Below are positions 1-10,042 of a DNA stretch of 64,000 bases, piece by piece. The translations under genes were made by a program, and so were the position numbers. Position 1 is the first letter of the stretch; each line of letters opens with the position of its first letter. The notes beneath the pieces were generated by a model. That model was not told where the DNA came from and searched no databases. It saw only the letters and a list, made by a program, of their open reading frames with translations. The DNA is from Promethearchaeati archaeon SRVP18_Atabeyarchaeia-1 (GTDB lineage: Archaea; Asgardarchaeota; Atabeyarchaeia; Atabeyarchaeales; Atabeyarchaeaceae): the NCBI GenBank assembly GCA_037308085.1, contig CP147779.1, positions 1,152,001 through 1,216,000 on the forward strand. The letters are read 5' to 3'.

Positions 1-870
1 ATCACTCGTGAACACTTAGTTCTCCTCGCTAGCCAGAGTATACCATTCATGATAGTCGTCTCACGGGTAGACTTGGCTTCAGATGAGCAGCTTGAGAAGG
101 TGATCCAAGTCACTAGAGATACCCTGAAGTCAATGGGACGAGTTCCCATGCTCATCAAGAATGGCACCGACTTGGATATAGCCTGCAGAGAGATCTCCCG
201 TAACATACTCGTGCCAATGTTCGAAGTAAGCTCGACAACCGGAGAAGGAATAGAGTCGCTGCGCAGGACATTAGGCTTGTTGCCGTCCATGATCTCGGAC
301 GAGATTCTACTGAAACCCGCGCTTGCCTACATCGACAAGATATATCGTGGGATCAAAGGGACCAATGTTGTCGTGACAGGTTCAGTTAGGCAAGGGATTT
401 TCAAACCAGGGCAGAAGGTGAAGGTGGGACCAGACAGTCAAGGAAAATTCAGTGAAGGTCGGATAGCGACCGTGGAGATATTCAAGAGCCGTGTTGAGGG
501 GGTAAAGGCTGGCGACAGCTTCGGTTTTGACATCAAGAGAGTCGACACGACAACCGTCAGAAGAGGGCAAGTTATTAGCGACGTTGATGTAGACCTTAAG
601 CCCTCGCGAGTCTTCGAGGCCGATGTGATAGTCACGAAGCATCCAACCAGAATAGCTGAAGGCTACGCGCCAGTTTTGCAGTGCAATACGATCCACCAGA
701 CCGTAGTGTTCGAGCAGATATACGGAAGGAAATATCTAGTAGTGGGTGATGCAGCTAGAGTTAGGCTGCGATTCACAAGACAGCCAGAATACTTAAGAAT
801 TGGAGACCGAATAGTCACTAGGGAGTCGAGTACTCGAACCATCGGGACGATAACAAAGCTTGTTGAGTAG
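1..870 (+). CDS. GTPBP1/EF-1alpha-like translational GTPase, 5'-truncated by the window edge
   Basis: G4-like SRVD and G5-like VSSTTGEGI motifs, followed by EF-Tu-type domain II (VVVTGSVRQG) and domain III (HPTRIAEGYAPVLQC); frame is open from position 1. Confidence 0.85.
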   Translation: MTREHLVLLASQSIPFMIVVSRVDLASDEQLEKVIQVTRDTLKSMGRVPMLIKNGTDLDIACREISRNILVPMFEVSSTTGEGIESLRRTLGLLPSMISDEILLKPALAYIDKIYRGIKGTNVVVTGSVRQGIFKPGQKVKVGPDSQGKFSEGRIATVEIFKSRVEGVKAGDSFGFDIKRVDTTTVRRGQVISDVDVDLKPSRVFEADVIVTKHPTRIAEGYAPVLQCNTIHQTVVFEQIYGRKYLVVGDAARVRLRFTRQPEYLRIGDRIVTRESSTRTIGTITKLVE

Positions 871-903
871 CCCGAAAATGGGAATGGGGATGCGCAGATA
901 AAA

Positions 904-1179
904 ATGGGATATTGCGAGGCATGGCTAGGATCGAGAAAAGTCCTAGGGGAGAAGGGAGATTCGAAGACCGAATATAGAGTAGAGTTTGCGGCCCCTCCGG
1001 AAAACAGCCCGCCTCCAAGTTACACCCCGATGGAAGAGAAACAAGCCGACGGAGGAAAGAAGATCTACTACTCACCATGGTTATCCTCAATCGAGGATGC
1101 AAAGAATGAGCTGGCAAAGGCGACCGACTACTGCCGTAGGCAATCCGTTAAGATAATCGTTTATTTCGAGATCAGATAG
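904..1179 (+). CDS. hypothetical protein
   Basis: 91-aa ORF directly after the GTPase with no better overlapping ORF; no family recognised. Confidence 0.5.
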   Translation: MGYCEAWLGSRKVLGEKGDSKTEYRVEFAAPPENSPPPSYTPMEEKQADGGKKIYYSPWLSSIEDAKNELAKATDYCRRQSVKIIVYFEIR

Positions 1180-1230
1180 CTGAAAGATGCATGATGACGC
1201 GTGTCTAAAGAATAGCCTAGGATGGGAAAG

Positions 1231-1794
1231 TCACCAGCGCCACCAATCTTGCTCACTTTCAGCTTGTGAGCGAGACATTATGCGTGGTCTCTGCCTTGGA
1301 CGCCACGCTCTCCATCGTCGCCAGCTTTTGTAGGCTGTCTTAACGTATTTCTCTCTGTTCGCAAGATCACCATGGATCCACCTTAGCTGAGCGTAGAACC
1401 TTTCTTTTCCAGGTTCAAATGGAACAGAACCTTTTGGAACACCGAGCCCCTCGAGCCTATCTATGAATGCCCCTTCGACCCTGAACTGAAGTTCCCCAAC
1501 TATCTTTGCAGGAACAACCTTATACCCTTCCTTGGAGAGGGTTTCTCTCACCTTTTCCAGCACCGCTGCCGTGCATATTCGGATTTCCTCACTCTTCTCG
1601 ACCTTCAGCTCCTGAAGGGCATCACGTGTCAGCCTCACTGCCTCGTCTAGATACTTTTTCTCCTTGAAGTATGGTTGCTTGAAGAACTTCACGTCTATGA
1701 GCTTTGAAAAGAATGTGCCAGTCTCTACCCTAAGATAGCCGAGCACAACCCCCTCAACCATATCGCCCCAACCAGCATCATCGATCTCAAGCAA
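1231..1794 (-). CDS. hypothetical protein with possible RNase H-like fold
   Basis: N-terminal LEIDDAGWG resembles the RNase HII/HIII IDEAGRG motif; SD-like GAGGCGGTGA upstream. Confidence 0.6.
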   Translation of the reverse strand: MLEIDDAGWGDMVEGVVLGYLRVETGTFFSKLIDVKFFKQPYFKEKKYLDEAVRLTRDALQELKVEKSEEIRICTAAVLEKVRETLSKEGYKVVPAKIVGELQFRVEGAFIDRLEGLGVPKGSVPFEPGKERFYAQLRWIHGDLANREKYVKTAYKSWRRWRAWRPRQRPRIMSRSQAESEQDWWRW

Positions 1795-2001
1795 GCTTAC
1801 AGTTCACCGCCTCAAAAGCAAAGCAAGCTTGGTCACAAACCCGGGCGCCAAGTAATTCAGAACCCTGTCCATCCAATCGCATCATGTCGATATTCAGAAC
1901 CTCAAAAAAATAGTGAAGGGGCTGCTGGCTTAACAAAAATCAAACCGCATCCCTTTACTCAATCCGTCGCAAAGACTCTCTAGTACCGTGCTCGAGAGAG
2001 C

Positions 2002-2382
2002 CTAAGATTCTTCGGCTTCATCCTCAGTAGATTCCTCAGTAGATTCCTCAGTAGCTTCCTCAGTAGCTTCCTCAGTAGCTCCCTCAGTAGCTTCCCCGCC
2101 AGCACCAGCTGGTTCGCCGATGGCAAAGCGTGGGCCGACTCGCGTTATCTTGACCTTAAGGGATTGTCCTGGCTTGGCACCCGGGATGAAGACTACAAGC
2201 CCTTCATACTTGGCTACGCCCTCACCACGCTTGCTAGTGTCAGTGACCTCAAGGTCGTAGACCTTGCCGACTTCTACAGGCTTCGGTGGGAAAGACCTTC
2301 CGCCACCGCCACCGCCGCTCCCGCCACCGCGACCGCCCCGGAATCCGCCTGGGCCTCTTCTGTAAGACATCTTCTGATTCAC
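2002..2382 (-). CDS. single TRAM-domain RNA-binding (cold-shock-like) protein with RG/G-rich N-terminus and acidic C-tail
   Basis: PKPVEVGKVYDLEVTDTSKRGEGVAKYEGLVVFIPGAKPG...RFAIG is a typical archaeal TRAM sequence. Confidence 0.9.
   Translation of the reverse strand: MNQKMSYRRGPGGFRGGRGGGSGGGGGGRSFPPKPVEVGKVYDLEVTDTSKRGEGVAKYEGLVVFIPGAKPGQSLKVKITRVGPRFAIGEPAGAGGEATEGATEEATEEATEESTEESTEDEAEES
2020..2093. repeat. 12-bp tandem repeat, about 6 copies, encoding (A/S)TEE
   Basis: unit TCCTCAGTAG(A/C)T is directly visible. Confidence 0.9.
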
Positions 2383-2722
2383 ACCTTACTTCGTTTTTCA
2401 TTTCATAAGTTGGAGAAGACACTTCCCCCAAAAAAAGTCCTCAAAAAACCGCCGACCTTATTCAGCCATAAGATTTCCGAGTCCTTCCTGGAAAAGCAGC
2501 GCCTTCGGCAACTCTGCCTTTTAATGAAGGTTACAGGTATTTAAGCATATCTAACACGATGCGCCTTGTTGTTTCGAAGTTCGTGCGCTCTTGGTGCCAC
2601 AGGTACACGTACGACTTGCCTATTGAGACAACCAATCACTAAATCTTTCGAAGGATCGTTGAGCCCGCGTTCAGTCCTCTAGTCTCCTGATCACATGCGC
2701 AAAAGCTAAGGCGCTGATCTTA

Positions 2723-3553
2723 CTATGCCATCTGCCGGCGCCTCATTAGAAGCGCGCTCAAGATCAAGCCTGCGACTAAATAGGATGCCATTATAGCGAT
2801 TCCCTCGACTACCGTGGCACTGTAGACCGTAAATTGAAGGGGAGGTCCGCCAGATATTGGCAAGAGCATTGTCCCTGAATGGGCCGGATAGGGGTCAATC
2901 AGAATGCTATTGACTATCCCTGAACCGTAACTAAGAATCATGAATGGCTCGAAACCCACGAACATCGACAACGCCTGTATGATTGCAAACAAGAAGAAAT
3001 ATGTCAGGAAAGGCACTATTGATGCTCCCATGCTGCCTTTCAAGAGAGCGCTGAACACGAATGTGAACGAAACGACACTACATACAAACAACAACGCAAA
3101 CAGATAGGAAAGCAAAACCTGCCCCGGAAAGGTTCCGAACCTTATGATTACGCCAACCGCAGTAATCAAGTAGGGCATTGTAACGACGAGCATGGATGCA
3201 ATGCAACATGACAAGTACTTGCCCATTAACAATGTAGTTCTTTTTATCGGGTTAAGGAAGATCACATAACCAGTTTTGTGTTCAAATTCGCTTGCTATTG
3301 CGTCGCCTGAGAAGAAGACCCCAGCGACTAACCCAAACAACGTGACCTCGCCAGCGCCAATAATCTCGCTGCTAAAATACAGGGCTCCAGCGCTGATCGG
3401 TATGTAGCCTAATCCTATCGCAACAGCCACCCCAGTAATCAGGGAGCCCAGTAGCAGAAGAGCATGGAGTCGAAAGCGCCTTACCTGCTTCAGCAACTCA
3501 TATCTTACTACTATCGAAAGTTTCCTTAGCTCTCCAGCAGAACCCACCGGCAA
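2723..3553 (-). CDS. ABC-2 type transporter permease
   Basis: about 6 hydrophobic segments; GDAIASEFEHKTG...PIKRTTLLMGKY motif; follows an ABC ATPase. Confidence 0.9.
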   Translation of the reverse strand: MPVGSAGELRKLSIVVRYELLKQVRRFRLHALLLLGSLITGVAVAIGLGYIPISAGALYFSSEIIGAGEVTLFGLVAGVFFSGDAIASEFEHKTGYVIFLNPIKRTTLLMGKYLSCCIASMLVVTMPYLITAVGVIIRFGTFPGQVLLSYLFALLFVCSVVSFTFVFSALLKGSMGASIVPFLTYFFLFAIIQALSMFVGFEPFMILSYGSGIVNSILIDPYPAHSGTMLLPISGGPPLQFTVYSATVVEGIAIMASYLVAGLILSALLMRRRQMA

Positions 3554-3557
3554 CTTT

Positions 3558-4490
3558 CTAGTCGCCTCCCTTCACGACTCGCATGTACACTTCCTCCAGC
3601 GAGCCTAGCGCTGGTCTGAATGACGCAACCCTTATGTTCATCTGCATTAATGCTTCAAGGATTTTCGCCTGAGTCTCTTTATCTCCCTTGAAATCTATGA
3701 AGACGATATTTCCTGACGCGGTTACTTTCTTGACTTCTTCGGTGCTTTCTATGGCTTTTATCTCGCTGGCTTCCAATGGCTTCAGAACTTCAACCTGTAT
3801 TCTTTGGGAGGCGAACACTCTTTCCAGTTTCTGAACAGAGTCAAACGCAAGGAGTTTTCCGCGATCTATTAGGGCAACCTTCTCACACGTTTCGCTGACC
3901 TCAAAAAGCAGGTGTGATGCCATGAAGATCGTTTTCTCTTTCTTAAGCTCGTTTACCAGATTCCTTACCTCAGTCATCCCCCGTGGATCCAGTCCCAGAC
4001 TCGGCTCATCAAGCATTAGGATCGGCGGGTCGTGCAGAAGAGTCTGGGCGATTGCCAGTCTCTGCTTCATGCCTTTTGAGAACTTGCCTATCCTGACGTT
4101 TGCCCACTCGAGCATCTTGACCCTATCTAACAATTTCTTGATAACACTGGGCAAATCGGATCTGCTAATTCCCCTAAGCCGGCCGAAATATGACAACGCT
4201 TCAACGGGGGTCAAGTAGGGATAGAACTCTGGGACCTCCACCATTGCCCCAAGATTCCCTAGGGCCTTTGTGCTTTCCTTGATTGCATCATAGCCATTGA
4301 CATAGGCGCTTCCGCTTGTGGGTTTTATGATATTCGTGAAGATCTTCATCGTAGTTGTCTTCCCGGCCCCGTTTGGTCCCAAGAGGCCAACGGATTCACC
4401 ACTAATGATCTTCAGGTTAAGACCCTCAAGTGCCCTGATTACGCCGTAGGACTTCGTGAGCCCTTCAGCAACCAAAGCTTCCTTCGCCAT
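3558..4490 (-). CDS. ABC transporter ATP-binding protein
   Basis: Walker A GPNGAGKTT, signature FSKGMKQR, Walker B LMLDEP. Confidence 0.95.
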   Translation of the reverse strand: MAKEALVAEGLTKSYGVIRALEGLNLKIISGESVGLLGPNGAGKTTTMKIFTNIIKPTSGSAYVNGYDAIKESTKALGNLGAMVEVPEFYPYLTPVEALSYFGRLRGISRSDLPSVIKKLLDRVKMLEWANVRIGKFSKGMKQRLAIAQTLLHDPPILMLDEPSLGLDPRGMTEVRNLVNELKKEKTIFMASHLLFEVSETCEKVALIDRGKLLAFDSVQKLERVFASQRIQVEVLKPLEASEIKAIESTEEVKKVTASGNIVFIDFKGDKETQAKILEALMQMNIRVASFRPALGSLEEVYMRVVKGGD

Positions 4491-4631
4491 TTCCCTCCAC
4501 CTCTCTAGCTGAGCAGGGACACCCTATGCCAGATGGTATCTTTAAGGATCCAGTATTCCAGAATCCATCTCAGTTTAACGACTACAAGACTTGGAATATA
4601 TAAGTACCTAGATGTGTGCAAAAACGATTAC

Positions 4632-4678
4632 AGACGCGGGCCAGAAAGCCTACGCCCTTCAAGGGGTTGGTGGCTCAC
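4632..4678 (+). mobile_element. 47-bp minimal IS200/IS605-derived element (LE/RE hybrid, PATE-like)
   Basis: TTAC|AGACGCGGGCCAGAAAGCCTACGCCCTTCAAGGGGTTGGTGGCTCAC; the first part matches the LE and the last part matches the RE of the 22492-22722 element. Confidence 0.75.
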
Positions 4679-4794
4679 ACTCGGCATTGCAGAAAAACCC
4701 TGCATGAAATCGGCTCTGAACCCGGCGATCGTGGGAAGGCGCCAAAAAGAAGTGCGCGGGGGACAAACGTGTCCCCTTTTCCTTTTCATCGAAG

Positions 4795-5220
4795 CTAGTC
4801 TGCGGGAACGAAGACGTACTTGACTCCCATCTCGGGTGATTCCACGAACTCTATTCTCAGCTTCATTCCTACTTTCACATCTTCTGGCTTGATGTCCTTA
4901 AGCCATGTCATGGTTGCTGGTCCTTCGCTGAGTTTCACGACCCCAATTGTGTAGGTCCCGTACTTTGTGTAACTTTCAGGAGGCGTCGTGTTGACGGTGA
5001 ATGTCGCTAGCTCACCTTCACCACCAAACTCGATCCAATCCATTTCGTCTGAGAGGCACTTAGCGCAGTCGGCGCGAGGTGGGAAGTAGCTCGTGCCACA
5101 TTTCTTGCATTTCGTACCCATGAGCTTGTGCTCTTTCAGAGCTTCGAAGAACTTTGTGACTTTCGTGTTAAATGGCTGGGAGGGCTGTTGCCCGCCTACC
5201 GATGGTTGAGATTTTGACAT
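4795..5220 (-). CDS. DUF35 family Zn-ribbon/OB-fold protein (thiolase partner)
   Basis: KCKKCG...FPPRADCAKC; immediately downstream of the thiolase; start taken at ATG 5220. Confidence 0.9.
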   Translation of the reverse strand: MSKSQPSVGGQQPSQPFNTKVTKFFEALKEHKLMGTKCKKCGTSYFPPRADCAKCLSDEMDWIEFGGEGELATFTVNTTPPESYTKYGTYTIGVVKLSEGPATMTWLKDIKPEDVKVGMKLRIEFVESPEMGVKYVFVPAD

Positions 5221-5233
5221 TTCTTTTTCCACC

Positions 5234-6409
5234 TCACCTTGTGTAGATATGTACGTATGCGTACTGTCCCGTGGCTCCAACGTTGTGCGTCAATCCATAC
5301 TCGGCTTTTTGAACTTGCCGCCCTTCGTCGGCTTCTCCACGCAGTTGCTTAGTTATTTCGACAGCCATGCTGATTCCAGTTGCCCCGATCGGATGACCCT
5401 TTGCCTTAAGTCCTCCATCGACATTGGTTGGGAGTCTTCCTCCAACGTAAGTCTGTCCTTCTTCTACGAACTTACCCCCATCACCCTTCTTGACGAACCC
5501 AAGATCCTCAAGCGCCATTATCTCTGCTATGGTGAAGCAGTCATGAACATCGGCCACATTTATCTCTCTTGGCTCAACCTTGGCCATCTTGAAAGCCTGC
5601 TTTCCAGCTTCGACAGCTGAGTTTACACCGACGTAACTTGGCTTGGCAGCAAAGTACTCTGCTTCACTGGCGCATCCGAGCCCAGTTAGCCATATTGGTG
5701 TGTCGCAGATCTTCTTTGCAACATTCGCGGAAGCTAGTATCGCGGCGGCAGCTCCGTCAGTAATCAGTGAGCAGTCATATAGCTTCAGAGGTGACGCTAT
5801 GACCCTTGACTTCATTACCTCTTCAAGCGAAACTGCTTTCTGCATATGGGCATACGGATTCAATGCACCGTACTTGTGGCTTTTCACTGCAACCTTTGCC
5901 AGCTGCTCTTCAGTAGTTCCAAACTCATGCATGTGTCGCCTCGCCATAAGCGCGTAGTAGCCTGGGAAGGTTGTGCCCCACCACGCGAACTCCCACTGTG
6001 CGTCGCCTCCTCTTCCAAGAGCCTCTACCGCCTTTGCGGTTGGAACTTCATTCATCTTCTCAAAGCCGAGAACCATCACTATGTCTGCCAGTCCTGAGAG
6101 TATCGTGCCATAAGCGACCCTGATCGCTGCGCTGCCTGTGGCACAAGCAGCTTCGACTCTCATTGATCCTTGTGGATTCACTCCAACGTAGTCTGCAGCG
6201 GCAGCTGCCGGCGATAGCTGACCATTCAGGAATTCGGCGCCAGCGACTCCTATCACTGAATACTGAATGTCCTTTGGAGCCAAACCGCTGTCCTCAAACG
6301 CGTGTCTTGTTGCTTCGAAACAGAGCTCACGGTAAGAGGCGTCCATTCTTTTGCCGAACTTAGATTGACCAACGCCAACAATTGCAACTTTCTTTTCTCC
6401 TTTACCCAT
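5234..6409 (-). CDS. archaeal acetyl-CoA acetyltransferase (thiolase)
   Basis: VEAACATGS, DVHDCFTIAE, GGLKAKGHPIGATG; start taken at ATG 6409. Confidence 0.95.
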   Translation of the reverse strand: MGKGEKKVAIVGVGQSKFGKRMDASYRELCFEATRHAFEDSGLAPKDIQYSVIGVAGAEFLNGQLSPAAAAADYVGVNPQGSMRVEAACATGSAAIRVAYGTILSGLADIVMVLGFEKMNEVPTAKAVEALGRGGDAQWEFAWWGTTFPGYYALMARRHMHEFGTTEEQLAKVAVKSHKYGALNPYAHMQKAVSLEEVMKSRVIASPLKLYDCSLITDGAAAAILASANVAKKICDTPIWLTGLGCASEAEYFAAKPSYVGVNSAVEAGKQAFKMAKVEPREINVADVHDCFTIAEIMALEDLGFVKKGDGGKFVEEGQTYVGGRLPTNVDGGLKAKGHPIGATGISMAVEITKQLRGEADEGRQVQKAEYGLTHNVGATGQYAYVHIYTR

Positions 6410-6784
6410 TATACGTTTCACCTGCCAAAACTGTTCTTTCTGCACATTCAACAGAAGCCGTAACCGTATTTCCGATTGATATAAAGACAACTGGAGAGCA
6501 AGTATATATTTCTTGACATTCCCGCCTTGCCGTAAAAAAGTCCTCGGGTCGTGGAAGATTCAGACTGGTTTCTTCGCGAATGCCTTTCTATCGCTTGGAA
6601 AAACGAGATGGATAGACCACACCCCTTCACTAGTTCAACATAAGCCAACAATGCGGCTGAGCTGCGGCGGACCTATTATTTCTGATCAAAACTTAAATAC
6701 GTCTTCAAAGTTTTAAGTGATAATTGGGATCATAGAATATGGAAATCATGGCAAAATTGCTTTTTTGTAAGAAGGTGATTATGA

Positions 6785-7654
6785 TTGAATGCGAATGATA
6801 TTAAGAATGTCACCGTTTTGGGCGCGGGTCTGATGGGGTCAGGCATTGCCCAAGTATGCGCGCAAGCTGGCATGAACGTCGTCATGCGAGATATAAGTGA
6901 CGAGTTTGTAAACAAGGGGCTCAAAGGAATCAAAGACGCACTGGAGAAGGGAGTGAGCAAAGGTAAGTTGAAGCGCGAGGATGCCGACGCCACAGTCAGC
7001 AGAATTAAAGGAACGACAGACCTAGCCAAGGCGGTGAGTGAAGCAACCCTCATAATAGAAGCAATTCCGGAAGATATGAAGCTGAAGAGGGAGGTCTACA
7101 AAGAGGTCACCAAGAGCGCAAAAGAAGATGCGGTAATTGCCTCAAATACATCAACACTCAGCGTGACAGAGATGGCGACCAACGTGACCCACCCCGAGAA
7201 ATTCATCGGGTTACATTTCTTCAACCCCGCACCAATAATGAAGCTACTCGAGATAGTCAGGGGTAAGAAGACATCAGATGAGACTGTGCAGTTTGCCAGA
7301 GACTTCGCCAACAAGGTCGGCAAGACACCAGTTGTTTGCATCGACAGCCCAGGCTTCATTGCCAACAGGATCGCCCTGCCACTAATGAACGAAGCAATCC
7401 TAGCGCTGGAAGAAGGAGTCGCAACTAAGGAGGACATTGACACAGCCATGAAGTTGGGGTACAATCACCCGATGGGACCCTTCGAGCTGGCAGATCTTGT
7501 AGGTCTTGACACGCTTCTGCACTCGATAAGGTCTGTAGGAGACAAGCTGAAGTCTCCAAGGTGGAAGGCACCCAAACTACTTGAGCAGATGGTAAAGGAT
7601 GGCAAGTTGGGACGTAAAACAGGGAAAGGATTCTACGATTATACGCAGAAATAG
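6785..7654 (+). CDS. 3-hydroxyacyl-CoA dehydrogenase
   Basis: GAGLMGSGIA, SNTSTL, GLHFFNPAP, HPMGPFEL. Confidence 0.95.
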   Translation: MNANDIKNVTVLGAGLMGSGIAQVCAQAGMNVVMRDISDEFVNKGLKGIKDALEKGVSKGKLKREDADATVSRIKGTTDLAKAVSEATLIIEAIPEDMKLKREVYKEVTKSAKEDAVIASNTSTLSVTEMATNVTHPEKFIGLHFFNPAPIMKLLEIVRGKKTSDETVQFARDFANKVGKTPVVCIDSPGFIANRIALPLMNEAILALEEGVATKEDIDTAMKLGYNHPMGPFELADLVGLDTLLHSIRSVGDKLKSPRWKAPKLLEQMVKDGKLGRKTGKGFYDYTQK

Positions 7655-7699
7655 GAAATTCTCAGCAACAATAAATAGTAGAGGAGGTATGGCAAAACG

Positions 7700-8494
7700 T
7701 TGTCCTCACCACAATACAAGAATATAATTCTCGAGAAAAAAGATGGAATAGCAAGACTGACCGTTAATAGACCACAGGTGTATAACGCTCTAAACCCGGA
7801 AACCATGAACGAAATTGCGGACGCTATAGCGAACGTAGGCAAAGATGCTTCAGTCAAAGTTCTCGTGATTACCGGCGCGGGGGAAAAGGCCTTCGTTGCT
7901 GGGGCAGATATAAATACATTCCCCACTCTGACGCCGAAGCAGGCCAAGACATTCTCAAGACTAGGACAAGTCAACATAACTAGAGCACTTGAACTACTAC
8001 CCAAGCCAGTGATAGCAGCAGTTAACGGTCTTGCGTACGGCGGAGGCTGTGAGATAGTGCTGGCATGCGACTTCATTATAGCATCTGAGAATGCCAAGTT
8101 CTGCCAACCGGAAATAAACTTGGCAATTCTTCCGGGCTGGGGTGGAACGCAGAGGCTCCCAAGAATAGTCGGGACTCACAAGGCCAAGGAACTATGCATA
8201 ATCGGGGAACCGATTGACGCCAAGGAAGCTGAGCGAATAGGACTAGTGTACAAGGTGGTTCCAGTAGGAAAATTGAATGAAGCTGTGGATGCACTTATCA
8301 GTAAACTCGCGAGCAAGAGTCCTGTGGCAATCCAGCTCGCGAAAGACGCGGTGAATAAGGCACTGGATGAAGACTTGGATACAGGGCTAAACTACGAAGC
8401 AGAATTGTTTGCAAAAGCCTTCACCACGGAAGACCATGTTGAAGGGGCAAAGGCGTATTTGGAAAAGAGGAGAGCTGTATTCAAAGGTAAGTAG
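7700..8494 (+). CDS. enoyl-CoA hydratase (crotonase)
   Basis: AFVAGADI, GGGCEIVLACD, PEINLAILPGWGGTQRL. Confidence 0.95.
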   Translation: MSSPQYKNIILEKKDGIARLTVNRPQVYNALNPETMNEIADAIANVGKDASVKVLVITGAGEKAFVAGADINTFPTLTPKQAKTFSRLGQVNITRALELLPKPVIAAVNGLAYGGGCEIVLACDFIIASENAKFCQPEINLAILPGWGGTQRLPRIVGTHKAKELCIIGEPIDAKEAERIGLVYKVVPVGKLNEAVDALISKLASKSPVAIQLAKDAVNKALDEDLDTGLNYEAELFAKAFTTEDHVEGAKAYLEKRRAVFKGK

Positions 8495-8568
8495 AAACAA
8501 ACTGGAAAAAGAATTTCTCTTACCTTTTTTTGGAGATTATCAAAGTGAATTGAGGCGTCATAACCAAA

Positions 8569-9777
8569 TTGATTGAAGATATCGACAAAGAATTGTCAAA
8601 ATCGAAGTCCGATGCTTTGATCGTTATTGGAGACTCAACCTATGGTAACCCTTCTCTTGCGTACGTTGTAGGCGCGGTAGCGACGAGAGGTGGAATCTAC
8701 ATCAAGAACACTGGAGGGAAACCGCTTCTCATCGTTTCGGAGATAGATATTGGGACCTCGAAGAAAGGCCTGGTACAGGACATAAGATCTTACTCCCAGT
8801 TCGGCTACCTGGGGCTCGCCCAGGAGCTTGGAGAAGGAAAGGCGAAAATGGAGGTATGTGTCCGGGCGCTGAAGGAGCTGGATTTGAGAGGAAAGGTTTG
8901 CCTCGCGGGCAAAGTTGAAGCAGGAACAGCATTGAGCTGGGCAGAGTATCTGAAGAACAAGGGATTCACGGTTTCGCTTGACGAAGACTTGGTGGACAGG
9001 GTGCGAATGACTAAGGACAACATCGAGGTAGGCAAGATCAGGGATGTCGGAAGAAAAACAGAGAAAGTAGTCATTGCCACGATCAAGATGCTGACGCAAT
9101 GCAAAGCTGACAAGGAAGGAAAACTGAAATCAGACAATGGAAAGTCTCTCACAGTTGGGGACGTGAAAGCCTTCATACGCATGAGGTTGGCTGAAGAGAA
9201 CCTCGTGGCATCAGAGGATACCATCTTCGCGCAAGGAGCGGAGGGCGCCGATCCGCACAACCCAGGAGTGGACTCCACTGTTATTAGAAACAATACGCCA
9301 ATAGTCTACGATATTTTCCCACAACAGGTCGGTGGCTACTGCTTCGACACGACTAGAACAATAGTTATCGGCAAGGCATCAGAAGAGGTCAAGAAAGCCT
9401 ACACGGATGTTCTCGAATCACAACTGCTCGCCTTGAGCGACATAAAGGCTGGTGTGCAGGCAAAGGAAGTCATGAGGAAAGTCTGCGAATTCCTGGCATC
9501 AAGAGGACACAAGACACCGATCTACTACACCGAGAAGAATGCCCCCATGACGGATGGGTTCATTCACGGTCTGGGACATGGAGTCGGCTTAACAATAGGT
9601 GAACCACCAACGCTGAGACTGACCTCACGTGACATCTTGACCGAGGGAACTGTGACGACAGTCGAGCCAGGGGTCTACTATCCGGGAAAGTTTGGCGTCC
9701 GAGTAGAGGACATAGCAATTGCGAGAAAGAACAAAGCAGAGAACCTATCAACCCTCCCAAAGGAGCTAGAGGTGTAG
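8569..9777 (+). CDS. M24 family Xaa-Pro aminopeptidase
   Basis: DTTRT, HGLGHGVGL, EPGVY, GVRVED metal-ligand motifs. Confidence 0.9.
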   Translation: MIEDIDKELSKSKSDALIVIGDSTYGNPSLAYVVGAVATRGGIYIKNTGGKPLLIVSEIDIGTSKKGLVQDIRSYSQFGYLGLAQELGEGKAKMEVCVRALKELDLRGKVCLAGKVEAGTALSWAEYLKNKGFTVSLDEDLVDRVRMTKDNIEVGKIRDVGRKTEKVVIATIKMLTQCKADKEGKLKSDNGKSLTVGDVKAFIRMRLAEENLVASEDTIFAQGAEGADPHNPGVDSTVIRNNTPIVYDIFPQQVGGYCFDTTRTIVIGKASEEVKKAYTDVLESQLLALSDIKAGVQAKEVMRKVCEFLASRGHKTPIYYTEKNAPMTDGFIHGLGHGVGLTIGEPPTLRLTSRDILTEGTVTTVEPGVYYPGKFGVRVEDIAIARKNKAENLSTLPKELEV

Positions 9778-10042
9778 ATAGAGCGCACTAAAACTAGCCT
9801 CCAATCCTAGCAGAAAGCCCGCTTCCACCTACAGTCTGTAGCGTTCCGTAGAAAAGCAGATTACCCCATACACTCGTTGAACTCTACCTCTAATCCTCAG
9901 TCAGATCACAGTAGGGCAGTCGAAGCCGCCTGCACGAATAACGGTCTTAGATTGGCAAATTCAAGGCATGGTTGAGACCCAACTCTGCAGTGTGCGCCAG
10001 TCGCGAAGCAGAAACGCCAATTCGGAGACATGACTTGTATCT

